This document shows, piece by piece, positions 27,101 to 42,100 of a stretch of 64,000 bases of DNA. Origin of the DNA: Tubulanus polymorphus (Eukaryota > Animalia > Nemertea); assembly GCF_964204645.1 (NCBI RefSeq), contig NC_134026.1, positions 6,347,950 through 6,411,949 on the forward strand, in the 5' to 3' direction. The notes under the pieces were generated by a model. The model was given only the letters and a program-made list of their open reading frames with translations. It had not been told where the DNA came from and did not search any database. Position 1 is the first letter of the stretch; every line of letters begins with the position of its first letter. Made by a program: the position numbers and the translations under genes.

Positions 27101-30100
27101 TATCTCTCACTGAGCGTAAAGCATCATTGATTGAATTGACTTTATCAATAACGGGTTTAGAAATATTACGCAGTTCAGCTAATTTACTCATTATATCACT
27201 CATATCTTTCTCAACTTTAGACGTATTGAAGTTGATACCAGCGCGCATTGAATCTTGAACACGTTTCAGCAGCATTTCGGCCAACCTTTAATTGAAAATC
27301 AGATTCATTAATTTCCAGTCCTGACCTGTCAAACTTGACAACAATCAGGATATCGTAAATTACTTTTTCTCATCAACTGCATCCATCTTTTTAACGTAGA
27401 AAGAACGTAGTTTGATCTCAGCGAGGACGTCTTCTGAATTTTTTAACATAGCCGTTACATCAGCGCTGTTGATTTTACCACCGCTGTGAAGATTCGATAC
27501 TTGTCTCTTGAGTAAACCAACTGCAGCTAGAAAAACATAAAAAAACTTCTAATGTTATTTTTCTCCAGCACAGAATATCTTCCATCAATCTGCCTTTGAT
27601 TTTAGTAAAAGTCTACCTTGAATTCGATTGAATTCCTCAGCTATATGCCTCTCTAAAGTCGATGACTCTTCGTTAATTTTATCAGAATTAGTTTTAGTTG
27701 CCTCTGATTTCATTAACAGTCTGTTTGCCTACAATCATATGAACGTTTTTTAGCTTATGAAAATCTGAACAACCAATAATACAAGGGCATCATTTACGAA
27801 CCTTGCGAAGAGTACGTTCAACCTTTCTGCGAACTTCATCTACTTTCGTTTTGAATGATGTGATTTCTGCGCTACGAACGGCCTTTTGCAGTTCCTAAAA
27901 TAATCAAACACTATTTTCATAGAAGGTTTTACCTTAAAGAAAATAGGTGGCAATATATATATTCATTCCAACCTTAGCAGAATTTGTAGCATTCTCTATT
28001 TTCGTTAATCGTTTCCAGGGTAACACAACGACTCCGGACAGGTTGATCGGCTGAATCAAAGCTTCCAATTCATCAGTTCCCTGCATCAGTAATTTCGTAC
28101 ATCCCTCGTCACAAGCTGCAAAATATTCAAGTTCAATTTCAAAATAAATCTCTTAACCTTGTGCGCAGAATCACTGCAGTGATTACAGACCAGGCCACCT
28201 CATGTAGCTGGAACAAAGGCACACATAGTCCACATTTTCAATCAGTTATGTTTTACTTACATGAACATTTTCCATCAACTATAGCATAACGAGGGATACA
28301 TTCATCACATTTATCTCCGGTTATGCCGGAGTTACACTGACATTTTCCATTTTCATCACAATCACTAGTGACAGAACCATCTACACTGCAGTTGCACGGG
28401 GTACACATTCCACCTGGTAATGAGGGGTTTCCATAATACGATGGAATGCATCTGTAATACGTAAGATTTTGAAATACTCAATCAGTAAAATCCCTATTAT
28501 ACTTAGATCATCAAGCAATTTGAGAATATTTACTTTTCACAATGATTTCCTGTGAATCCAGCAGGACATTTGTCACATACATAGTCGCCACCAACTGCTT
28601 TACAAGTTGGACTGAAACTGAATATAAGAAACAAGTTGATGGTATATATTCTCCTCTTACATGGACATTAAAGCTATATATGTATCACGATATCTTGTGC
28701 CGTGTACACGCACGTATGTGAGATTCATGAATCTTAAAGTGTAGATAGATATAAGGAATTCTACTGCACTGACAACAGTAATAAGTACATTTTAGTAGGG
28801 AAAGTCAAGAGGCAGCAAATTGAATGATAAAGATGACCATAGGAAGCTAGAAAACTGTATTCTAAAGTAGAATACAATTAATAGCAAAAAGAAGGAAATA
28901 TACAAAGAACATAAGTTGGTTTCACGTGGAGATAAAAGCAGTAAGATATATTGGAAGGACTGAAGCAGCAAAAAGAAAGGCAGTGAAATATAGCCCTGAC
29001 GTTTGATATGAGAATAAGATTTAGAGTGAAGTATATCTTTTCAACTTTCCGATGAAATTTGACTGTAGCGACATTCTCTAGTAGAATTTTTTCTAGTTCT
29101 TTATCTAGTATAGAGTAGGAAATGGAGCAAAAATTATATTCCGAGCAGAGAAATCTCCTCGATGAGCGACAAAGACACGAAAAGCAAGAAAAAACGATGC
29201 CAATACTGATACCTCTGACACCGAAAAAACCCATCATCAGAAACAAAACAGGACAGAGATGTAAACTGTCCATCATTTATACCATGAGATGCATCAGGTG
29301 AATGCCTATGTAAACTGAAGTACAGAGAGATCAGTTGCACTAAATGTTTCAGATGAAAATGTTACTCAATTATTCAATCTAATACTTCATTGATGAACTT
29401 CAGACATGTACGGTATGTGTTTGATGCATTTGACTTCTTCGATATAAACTAAAGATGGAGAAACTAGATTGAACTGATGTCTTCTATAACTCACTTGTTA
29501 GATTCGACTTTTAATGGACAGCCACATGGTTTACAAGAGTCCGGTTTACCATGCCTTGCATCTCCGTAGAAACCTGTGGCACACAAATGACAACTGAACC
29601 CAATTGTGTTGTGTTGGCAATCCTAGAATGAATGCAATACAAGCATGTACGTATAGAACGGGTGCTATCCACCTGGTAAATTGAGTTCGATTATTGATAC
29701 TTACATAACAATACCCAGTTTCAGGATGACATTTTTTGCTGTGGTTGTTACATTTACATGGTTTCACATCACCAATTAATGAGAGTAAATCATCTTTTCC
29801 TCCACCCCCACCATCAGGTTTAGAACCATCGGTTCCTTTGCCACCATCAGGTCCAGAGCCATCGGGTCCTTTACCACCATCAGGTCCAGAGCCATCAGGT
29901 CCTTTACCACCATCAGGTCCAGAGCCATCGGGCCCCTTGCCACCATCAGGCCCAGAGCCATCAGGTCCTTTGCCGCCATCAGGTCCAGAGCCATCAGGCC
30001 CTTTGCCACCATCAGGCCCCTTGCCACCATCAGGCCCCTTGCCACCATCAGGCCCAGAGCCATCAGGTCCTTTACCGCCATCAGGTCCAGAGCCATCGGG

Positions 30101-33100
30101 TCCTTTACCACCATCAGGTCCAGAGCCATCGGGTCCCTTGCCACCATCAGGCCCAGAGCCATCAGGCCCCTTGCCACCATCAGGCCCAGAGCCATCAGGT
30201 CCTTTGCCGCCATCAGGTCCAGAGCCATCAGGCCCCTTGCCACCATCAGGCCCAGAGCCATCAGGTCCTTTGCCGCCATCAGGTCCAGAGCCATCGGGCC
30301 CCTTGCCACCATCAGGCCCAGAGCCATCAGGTCCCTTGCCGCCATCAGGTCCTTTTCCGCCATTAGGCCCAGAGCCATCAGGTCCTTTTCCGCCATCAGG
30401 CCCAGAGCCATCAGGTCCTTTTCCGCCATCAGGCCCAGAGCCATCAGGTCCTTTTCCACCATCAGTCCCAGAGCCATCGGGTCCTTTTCCGCCATCAGGT
30501 CCTTTTCCGCCATCAGGTCCCTTGCCGCCATCAGGTCCTTTTCCGCCATTAGGCCCAGAGCCATCAGGTCCTTTCCCGCCATCAGGCCCAGAGCCATCGG
30601 GTCCTTTTCCGCCATCAGGTCCTTTTCCGCCATCAGGCCCAGAGCCATCGGGTCCTTTTCCGCCATCAGGTCCTTTTCCGCCATCAGGCCCAGAGCCATC
30701 AGGACCTTTGCCACCACCAGGTCCAACAACATTATTTCCATTAGGTCTCTCACGATAATATCCATCAGCAGCATTCTACAAATAGATATATGAAGGATGA
30801 AAGAAAATAAAATGCCATTTAGTCCAATAATCACTAGCAGGAAATCATACAGAAACAAGAATGATGTACAATTTAAATCATGCAGCTTGAGGGGGAATTT
30901 AACTTATGCTCTAAACTAAAAGAAAAACATGTAACCACTGTGTATGGTGTATTGCAAATGTGGTTAGTAATTGAACGAAAGCTTATTGTGAGGGAACAAC
31001 AAGGGCAGGATTTGAAGCAAAACAACATATCACTGGGGATTCACAGTACTTACAATATGTGATTAAAATTTTCTGAAATCAATTTTTCAAAGATATACAC
31101 TCAATTTTGAACCGATAAGAGAAGTTGCCAAACATTCGTTTGAAGAGCTTTTGATAATTGACGGCAATTTCATGAACATACCTGACATGAGGTTCCATTG
31201 TACTGTTCTGGACACCGGCATACTTCAATTCCAGTAGCTATTTTCTGATTTTCATTTATTTTCGTCGGCACAGCGATATCAAGACTTATGTCAAATATTC
31301 TATGGGAAAAACAGTAATAGTTTAAAATTTTGAGGTATGCAGGTAGTATGAACATTTATAATACTGTAGAACCCGCTTAATTTGGATCATTTGGGACCAA
31401 CAAAATTCATCCGGTTTACGAGAAATCCTGATTAAAAGTCATTTTCTTGTATATTAATGAACAATTGCACTGTATTGTATATTTTCTGGATTAGAAAAAA
31501 ATCTGTATTCAGCCAATCCAGATTAAGCAGGTTTGACTATGATGAAATTTATAAATTAGTATCTGTCTATACCTGGTATTTTTCAAGTTATTACAATTAG
31601 GACTAGCTTGTATTAGAAATGACTGTACATTCTGTAATGCAACCATCATCATTGTACGACTGACAGAATCCTGACCAGTTGCTGCATCTTTCCATTTATC
31701 CTGTTCAACAAAGCAATACACAACATAAAACTCCATGTCCATAAACATCACTTCAAACTCCCGAATTCGTCAGGGAGCGAGCAGCAAAACATCATCCAGC
31801 ATTACTTACCTCACGTAATAGAACTTCAAATGTGTTATTAACTCCAGGAATGAGCACTTGATCTGTGAAATATTCCAAATACACTCTGCGATTTCCAACC
31901 ATTTGTATGAGAGGATTCGTTTTAGCTTGTCTTCCACTCGTCGAAGTAGAGTCAGTTTCATAATAAACGGTAAATCTTAATTTACCATTGTATGACAGAA
32001 TCTGTAAAAAAGAATGTAAGTTAGAATATCAATCTATCACCAAAACGAATTAGGTTTAAAATTCTAATAAATAACGCATACATTGTCTCCATAGATATTA
32101 TCAACGAGGTTCCAATATAATGGTTTCGGTGAGTTGACATAGATTTCTTGAAGTCCTGATGGAATAACGAGCAGTTCACGTCTTGTATCGATAACTCCAC
32201 CGGTTTCTCTTGTGTTCGATACTTGTCTTGATGGATACATCACCTAAGGACAAACAGGAATAAGATAACATGATATATTTTATTTATCACTGCCTGATGA
32301 ATGTTAATGAATGTGTGGAATAGGATACCTTATTGAAGGAAGAAAGGATTAGCCGGATATACTCATGATAGAAAGAAATGTGTAAGTATTGACATACCTT
32401 GTTCCAGTAATAATTTGCTTGTTTACAGGCTTTAGTTCGACCAAAACAGAAACAGCTCGTACAACCATTAGGATGATTTGGTTGTAGACCGAATGATTGT
32501 GATGAACATTCTGTACATTTCTTTCTGATGACATTAGCCTAAAAGGAATGAGCAGAAACTGAGAAAACTGAATGTATACAGTAATGGACATTTTACCTAT
32601 ATCATATATGTAGCTTTTGGATTTCATACCTTACAATAACACTGGCCTGTTACTGTGTCACATTCACAAAGTCCATCCTTGGAACACCTTGAGGGAGCTG
32701 ATCCACCGATATCACATAAGCAGGGTTTACATTTCGGATATTTGAAATAACCAATGTTACATCTGTCGCAACTTTCTCCTGTGAATTCTGCTTTGCACGG
32801 ACATTTACCAGTAAGTAGATCACACTGTTCAGTGATTGACCCTGTCATATTACATTCACATTTCTGAAAATTTGCATTGAAATATATTAGTTTGTTGAAG
32901 TATCGAATTAAATTGTAGTAGATGCTATCTTTAAGTGCAAGAATTATACACTACCTTACAACCTTTGTAACTGTCATAACCCCAGTGGTTTGCAGCACAA
33001 GATTCGCAATATTTTCCAACAGTGTTTGGAGGACAGACACATTGTCCTGTAACAGGGTCACAAACCTGTCCTTTTGCCGGACATTCCTGGCACTCTGTAG

Positions 33101-36100
33101 ATAGAAAATAAATGCTACAGCCTTTCGAAAATGTCATAAGTTTCGATTGATCCATTAAAATCATTGACAAATTTAGCCAACTGTACTTTGAATTAAGATT
33201 GAGGGCTTCATCTATTTGGTATTTTGACTTCACTTACTGAGACAACCTGATGCTGAAAATCCCCAGTATCCCTCTAAACAGTGATCACATTGACGACCAT
33301 TGACTCCGTATTTACAAGCGCAACGTCCTGTAATTTCATCACAATCGGGCATTTTAGATCCTTCACTATTACAGTTACACTGCAGGCAACCTACATCCTT
33401 TTCCATATCCCAGAAATGTAGAGGCTGCAAACAAAATGCGAACTAGCTGTATATAGTCGAGTGATCCATGAATTGATAGGTGGATGTTATATGGTGTATT
33501 TTCTAGATGTTACCTGACACATGTCACATCTCCTTCCTTTTACGTTTGGTTTACAAATACATCGTCCAGTTGTTTTATCACAATCAGAACCATTTGATCC
33601 CTTCATATAACAATCACAGGCTGCAATTAGAATTCCATACAAATGATTTCATGTACAAAACAAGATACATGTACATTACAACCATATCACAGAGCATTAT
33701 ACTAGAGAATCATACAGAAGCCCTTTATTAGAGAGAATTTGAGGTATGAATGATACGAACCCCTACAACCAGCTAAACTGAATCCATAAAATCCAGCATC
33801 ACATTCATCGCAATTATCACCAGTTACACCATCTTTACAGGGGCACTTTCCATCAACTGGGTCACAAATATCAGACCGTGAACCAATCACATCGCAGGAA
33901 CATTTTACGCAACCAGCGACGATATTCCCATAACCAGACTGAAAACAAGCGGATGAAAGATTAGAGTCGGTTCATTTAGTGAATGATGACATGATTTAAA
34001 GTTACCTCACCTGACATCGGTCACATGCTCGACCTTCATAACCCGATCTACATTGACACTGTCCATTTAATGGGTCACAAGTCTTACCAAATGATCCATA
34101 TTTGTTACAACCACACTCTGGAAGTCAGAACAGTCCATTGATTCAGAATAGTTTTGACATTTTTCCCAACCAGTTCATCCAAACTTATCATTACTAACCT
34201 TTACAGCCTCCGTTGATCGCACTGCCATAGTAGCCATATTGACAACGTTCGCAGTGTTCTCCTTCAGAATTATTGATGCATTTCAAACATTCACCTGTCG
34301 ACTGGTCGCAGTTTCCTTTTACTCTTTCATCCACGTTGCCGCTGCAGTTACACTTATGACAAGATGAACCCTGTTCAGTAGCATTACCATGATAACCTTC
34401 AGCACACCTAGTAACACATAGAATAACCTTAGAAAACTTGACGTTGAAATTGCAGGACATTTTGTGATTGATTCTGAGTTCAATCATGAATACCTTTCAC
34501 AGTGGTTTCCAACATAACCGGTTTGACAATCTACACATTTGTATCCATGGTTGTCATCATCAGCGATACAAGTTGATGCGAAGTTATTTTCAGCGTTTAA
34601 TAAAGGACAGGCGCATTGTTTACAGTCGGATGGTGTTCCTAGTTTAGCGTCACCATAAAAGCCTGTTTTACACGTCTCACAGTGCATACCATCAGTGTTA
34701 TGGGTACAATTCTAATAAAATAACACAATAAGAGAAAACCTTACCTCTTATATCTCAGAAAAGGTTTTTGAATTCGCAGAAAGAATGACAGCCTTTATAC
34801 TTACCACACAGCCTCCAGAATAAGGATCACAAATATCTGCATGACTGTTACAATCACATTGTTCACATTTTCCTCGAAATCTTTCATTATTTACCCTTCT
34901 GTATCCAGTTTTACACTCCTGATTAATACAGGTAACAATCAGTAATTGTCAATTTATCAGGTTGATAAAATTCTTGATAAAGATCATTTACCTCACAAGA
35001 AAGTCCAGCATAGCCTCGTGGACAATTACATTGTTCTACAGAATGCATTAATTCTCCTGGTAAACCGGGAGCTACTAATTCCAATGAGACCTGAAATAAT
35101 CTGTAAAACAGTTCTCACGATCAATAACCTAAGAAACAGAGACTGAGTTGTAAAGCAGTTTCAAAACTTGGGGAACACTTGGCTTGACTTGAACATTTTG
35201 CAACCACCTGAAATAAGGGAACCACGCAAGAGATAGGTTTTATAGGTTTAGTAAAAATATCGAGGAACTAGGGGTCCAGGGACACCATGCCCACTTGGGA
35301 AGTGGTTCCAAATGCTCAACAATCTAACAATTTCATTATTCGACACCCCCTGGTGACCATATACAGAATCCAATGACCTTGAAACTCACCTCGTTACCAC
35401 TTTAATATGGAAATACTAAGTTATCCACTATTCAACGCACCCTGGTGACCATAGATGATGTCATGAGCTACAACTTTGCAATTGATTGTGGTTACAAAAT
35501 ATGCATTGATACGAATATAATATAGAAATACTCAGATATTGCATTATTCAACGCTCCCTGGTGGCCATATACAAAAACTAATGACCTTGAAACTCACCAC
35601 AATCATAGAACACGTTATGAGCTACAATTTTCTAAATGATTGTGGTAACAAAATACGCTTGGGTATCAATATAATGTGGAAAAACTTTTTCCCACTTACG
35701 AATGAGTACTGCTGACACCAAGATGGCCGCCAATTGCGTCATAATTGGCTGATGAAAAATACCTGTCTCAGGTATAAAACATCCCTTTCCAAAGAATACC
35801 CATCACAAATTGCAATGAGAAATGATAAACCAGTAGGAAGCTACAGGACTCAGAATTTGGGCCAAAATTAACATTTTTGGGCACTAAAAAGGTCATAGGA
35901 CGGCCATCTTGAGTCTGGTCGACCCAATTTTTGTTATGCTGATGGGCCCTGGGGGAATTCACATATATCCGAAAGATCAAGGTAATTGATCAAAGCGTCT
36001 TCAAAATTTCCCTCAAAAAGTTCAAAAATGTGTAAAAAGTGCTGATTTTGGCGAACAACAATGGCTGCCAGTCGGCCATCTTGAATCTGATGGGGCCAGT

Positions 36101-39100
36101 TTTTGGGCTGAAGATGTGTCTAGGGTAGATACATGTGTAACCCAAATATCAAGACATTACCTTGAAGCGTCTTCAAAACTTCCCAAAATAACTGGATTCC
36201 GTCTACGGACGGACGAACGGACGAACGACGGACGAAAAGTGAACGCAATAGCCCGCTGGGACTAAAGTCCCAAGTGGGCTAAAAAACCAAGGTTCTCCAT
36301 AGGTTTTACTGTATCAATAACTAGATGAAGATCTGTATTGCCTATTCATTAGATTTCAACATTGAAGCACCTGACACTCTTCGACTAACCTCTCTAATTG
36401 TGGGATTTCAGGCTTTCATCATACTCACTGTGTTTCTATTTGTCTCGTATGAAATGAAGCTCTCAGTAACATTCGTTCTAGATCGACTAAAACCTCCATG
36501 AAATGTCTCTTTTTAACGATACCACCCGGTGAATCGTTCATGATGATGTATCGGAAATTATTTTCCGTTAACTTCACGCTGATTCGATGATTCTGATCCT
36601 CGGTGAACACGGCTCCACCGTAAGCAATCCTTAATCCGGCACCCTAGAAATCAGAGAAACAGCATCACCATCAGCTTCTTCATTGATTACAGTTGGTAGA
36701 TCTGATATATAATGGAGTTAAGGTTTTGGATTAGAGTGAATTGTTATCCAATCGGTCTAACTAATTTAATCTCATTCCCTGAACAAAAAAGAGATTTTGG
36801 TGTTCAGGGAGGGTGTTCTGTTGGTCATACCCCAAAAAGTTTTGAAAAATGAGTCTAGTTTTCATGCATTCTGACTGTATGAAACACGCCCATTTTCAAA
36901 AGATCGCTCTCTTACCTCGAGGATGACATCAAAATCGGACAGAACGGAACCAATTTCACCAGTTTGATTGATCTTAAAGTTGAATGAATACGCTAATACT
37001 CCGCCATACATCACTAACTGTAACATAATTAAGTTCATTTGACTTACGGTATAGGAATTTTGAACGTATTGAAACAAAGGACATCAGGTTCCAGCTGAGT
37101 TCTGTCAGCAGCCATACATACCTTATTCCCGATATACTGGGCAGGTGCTTGCCAGTAAGCCACAGTACAGAATGGCGACGCATCAGGGTTATAGATATCA
37201 ACGCTGACTTTTAATCTTTTTCCTTCTTTCATCGGAATAATCGCTTCTTTCGCTAGAGCATCGGTCAACACCCAGTTTTTCAATGACGTCAACTATTAAC
37301 AGATTCGGATTATTTCACTGTTCAGCAGTAACCATTGAGATTGATATATCAGAATTGAAAGAACTTACCGGTAATTTTCCCCACGGAACGCTCCTACACT
37401 GATCAGAGATTCCGAAACAGAAACACGGAGTACAACCTTCAGGATTATTAGCGTCGAGATTGAAGAATCCCGGACGACACCGGTCACAGAATTCACCAAC
37501 AACGGCTCGCTGAAAATAACAATGAAGTGTCATCTTAAAACTTTTCCAATTGATAGATTGAGGTCATTAATCCCGGATGATGTTATAACATTGTTCATCA
37601 AATCATTCTTGAACATAAAATAAAACTTTTTATGGCCTTAACATTAGCATTTGAACTATAAATATTTCACTGAGAATCAGGGAATAGGGTTTTTGATAAT
37701 AAGTGAGATAGAGGGTGCTTTGGAATGCTCTCACTTCCTGTCACTTTGTTTTTCAATACTTTCTCATGGTTTTGTTCACAAATTCCTTGAAAACGTTATG
37801 ATATATACCTTACATATACAACTACCCTCACAGGTATCGACGTTAGTACTACCGGCTCTGTTACACGGACACGGTTCACATTTAGGGAATCCCGTAAAAC
37901 CTGGCGCACATTTATCACATCTCGGTCCCGTAAATCCCCTCTTACAAATACAATCACCGGGATACTGGAATAGAATAACTTCATCATTTAGACAGAGACT
38001 GATTCTACAATATTCTCCTTAGAGAATTATTGCAATATTTCAAAGGATCCAGTCTTACAGTTCATAGTAAAAATTTTACATTGGAAATTAACTAATTAAA
38101 ACACTTCAAGTGTCAAAATGTGGAACTGAGTTCAGGTTGATATTCATGCATATGTGCATATTTATTGCATCATTCGTTCTTGGTTTATTAACTGAATTTC
38201 ATAAGGAAATTACATAGAAATGAATAGGATAATCAATGAAGAGCCTCTCACCAACTGTTCATTGATACGACTTTCATCTTTCACGCATATTCCGATTGAT
38301 CCAGACATTCGACAGTCACAGAGTCGACATGGATTTGGATGGATAGCGGGTACACCACTAGGGCGAAAATATCCATCTTTGCAAGTCTGACAATTGATAC
38401 CAGCTGTATTAGCCTAAAATAAGGAAGAAGTGGAATTTTCATATTTCTTAAATCAGAAATTACAAAAAATCTAGTATTCTTAATACTTAAGAGTTGAAAA
38501 CTTACCCGACATCCAACGCAAACCCCTCCTCCTTTATACATGCCTTCCATATCAACACTTAAACTCAAATCGGCAACAGTTTGATTATAAACACATTTAT
38601 CAGCTTTGCCATAACAATTACATTCTGTGAATTAAAAAACAAACTAAATGTAAGGCCTACATTCAATGTATGTGGAATTTTGTGGTTTCAAATGGAATCT
38701 TTGAAATTTCTAAATGCTAATTGATTGTGGGTCTTTTTTCAATTAATCTTTCATCAAACTCTCTCTAAACCAATTGTCGATGGACAAATTTTGACACAAA
38801 TTCGACCCACAATTGTAGAACTTAGAATTATGAGGCCTATTCGAATGGGTCGGTCATTTACCTCTACAGACTGCGCTATCCAGATGAGTTCCTTGTCTCC
38901 ATGGTAACTGATTGAACATAGGACAACATTTCTCACAACTTGTACCACAAGTATTGTGTTCACATTGACAAGCAACTCGCTGAAAAATTCAAACATAACT
39001 TAATTCACAAGTTCTTCAAAAACACTTGGATGAGCCTGTTTTATGCAAATAAAATCTATATGCATTCATCTATAATTGTACACAGTATTCTTCTACATGC

Positions 39101-42100
39101 GTCCAACCTAACATCTGTACGTTTAGTTTAAACCCATAGACAATCTAGATTAAAACCATCATGAGGCGAGGTGTTTTTAAATTGAATAATGAGTTTAAAA
39201 CATATGATACCGAATATATAAATCTTTGCTTACCCCAGTCTCCTGATTCGGAACACACTGTCTTGCATGACCGAAACAAATACACTGTCCTCCGATTGAG
39301 ATATCTTTTATTGAATAGAAATACTGAAAAATAAACATTTTTTCATTTATTTATTCGTGGAACTGTTTTTTCATCGATTTAAGAGAGCAAAGACTGACTG
39401 ACTAACCCTTCTATAAACTGAAATATCTATATCTGATGGTCGATTCGTTTGAAATGTCATCAAATCAGCGTTCAACGTTTTAATCCTCTGAAAGCGTAAT
39501 CTGATGAATCGCGCAGACGTGAATTCCTAAACATATCAAAAGAATTATACAATTTTAGTTGTCGGAATATCTGAGAAAATTATCAGAATTATCATAAACT
39601 TACAATCAATTCTTTGCTGGGTCCTTCAACTCCTGGTCTTCCATTTACGAGGGAAACGTGAATCTAAAAACATCATACATCATATATTAATTTTCCACTT
39701 AACAATTTTTTAAGCCAACTCAGAATTGGCAAGTTTCCATTTTGAACTGATTAGAAACATTTGTCCAGTTCCACAGTCATGGCTCAGATTTAAGACCAGT
39801 CTATAAGACCACTTTGGTTCTATAATCAATCTTACAACTAAGACCAGCCTTTTACTAGATATTTAAGACCACTTACCATGAACTAGTAACCTGGGGCTGG
39901 TTGAACTGCAGTCATGGTGTAGATTTTTGAGACCAGATCTTAGTTCTAAGACAATCTGACAACTTAACATCAGTATCAGCTCATTTTGGCTCTTTAGCCA
40001 ATCTAACAAACTGAAGACTAGTCGTAGGATTGAAGACCACTTTTGAAGCCATGTCCAAAAGTGGTCTGGGCTATGAGTATCATGATTTCTGAATTAAAAG
40101 AGTAGAAAAGGTAATTGCAGCTCACCTCTCCATTTTCAAGCGGATCGAGTCTGGAATAAAACGAAGTACAAATCACTTGATCGTCTTTTTCAAAAATCGG
40201 TTTTCCAATTGTCGGTTGAATTTCGTAGGTGAACCAACATTCTGAATCGGTACTGGCGAAATATTGCCACGGTTTGTAATCGACTCCATCCAGAGATCGT
40301 TCGAGGATCCAGTTTCCGGGACGCGGTGAATTAGCTGCTTTCACTATGACGTACGCGACTTGGTAAATCTGTAATCAAATTACAAATAATTGTTTGAAGT
40401 AAAACTACAAACACTGCTGCAATATTTGATAGGATTGGCTTATGCATTTTCCATAGTGCATTGTAAATAGTGGAACTATCATTGATGGCACCATTCAGAA
40501 ACATGCATTGACTTGAACAGAAAATGTCTTGCTGTCCTTTGAATGCCTGGAAAGAGGGGTTGGGGTAAGGAATCGCACAATACAGGTGCAAATGTCCTAC
40601 ATGCACACCCACCTATTTTTTCCTTAGTTCTTCCTGAAAGCAAAAGTGCAATGGAGGGCTCTCTGTGGGCACTCTGGGCATATCTAGTAACTTTTGTAGT
40701 TGCGGCGATAAGATCTAAGTTCACTTTGCTGTACAGAGGTAATATCATATACACTATTTTGCATCCAACTTTGAGGTATGAGGGTTTCAGGACCAAAAGA
40801 CGTAACTATATTTTCAACTATTTCACGAGGTCCTTCCGACCGACAAAATTGAAACAAATTGATGGGAAACTGATACCGAATAATTTCTTTTTTCTCTGAC
40901 CGACTGTGTATAGAATAGCATGCGATGGGAATAAAACGCTATGGGAATTATTATGACATAATTGGCCTCCAATATGACTGTGTTTATAGGATAATAGGCA
41001 ACCATTTTAGTTAATTGTCTTCATACCAACATTCTATTGTAAACACTATCATCTTATTACTACATACAAATATAGCATAGTTAACTATTACTTAATTCTG
41101 CGATCGCCTAATGTAAATGTGAAGGGAAATATTTGAGGGATTCTCAGATTCCAGGCCATAATTATCACTCCCAGATATATGTTGAAAATTACTCGTTTAA
41201 TGAAAGAAACACATCCCGTGCAGAATAAAACCCGTACATATTTAAGTTATATAATTATAAGATTCTAAGGGAAGATTCCTAGTAAATTATGTGCACCCCT
41301 GCAGAGTTCAATAAAAGTCGCAAGAGTACATTCTCAAAGACTCTCAGGGATCGTTTTCCAACCTATTGTCAAAAGAATTGACCTCATTTGGGGAATCTTC
41401 TTTCAAGGGAATCATCTATTGAATGGTCATCTATTTATGCATAAACATCGCATTGAGTGCACAATATAAACGATGGATATGTCGAAATCAGAGTATATAG
41501 TAAATTCATTGTAGGGGTCTAGATATATTTGAAACTATGTAAACTAGTGCATTTCACAAATCAGAATATGGAAAGTGTATTTCTATCTCCCTGCTAAGAT
41601 TTAGATATCAAAACTGAATTTAAAAGTAATTCATAATTCTAAATTCATTGAAACAGTTATCAGATATTGAGGATATTGTTATGGGTGAATTAATAAAAAT
41701 GACTGATATCAAGACCGACAAGCCTTGAGGGGATGGGAGGTGAGAGGGTGACCAGGAGTTTGTACCTGTTTCATATCGAGTGTAATTGTGACCCAGTGAT
41801 ATTCGGAACCCATAGCTATCGATGGACTCTGCCACCATCTCTGACTTCCATCAATCGCGTAATGAATATCGTGACTTTCGAACTCATTCAAACTATTGCT
41901 GTTGCACATTCCGCAGTGAATATCGTCCGTTCCCATTTTGTAGACGTGATCGACCAAACGACAGTAAACTTCAGCAGCGTCCTCGCCGCATGTTGCGTTC
42001 GCTGTGATCTCGGCATCGGTCGCTAAATTGAAAACTCCCGGAAATAATCCTCCATCTGTAAAACAACAAAATACACATCACAACGAAAGTTCTCAATAAA

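Noticed and set aside
29736-30858. 340-aa PPSGPE ORF (plus) and 360-aa MAEKDL ORF (minus)
   Set aside because: Antisense and shifted-frame shadows of the stop-free repeat. The real frame is the laminin exon 30775-29705, which joins LE sequence at both ends.
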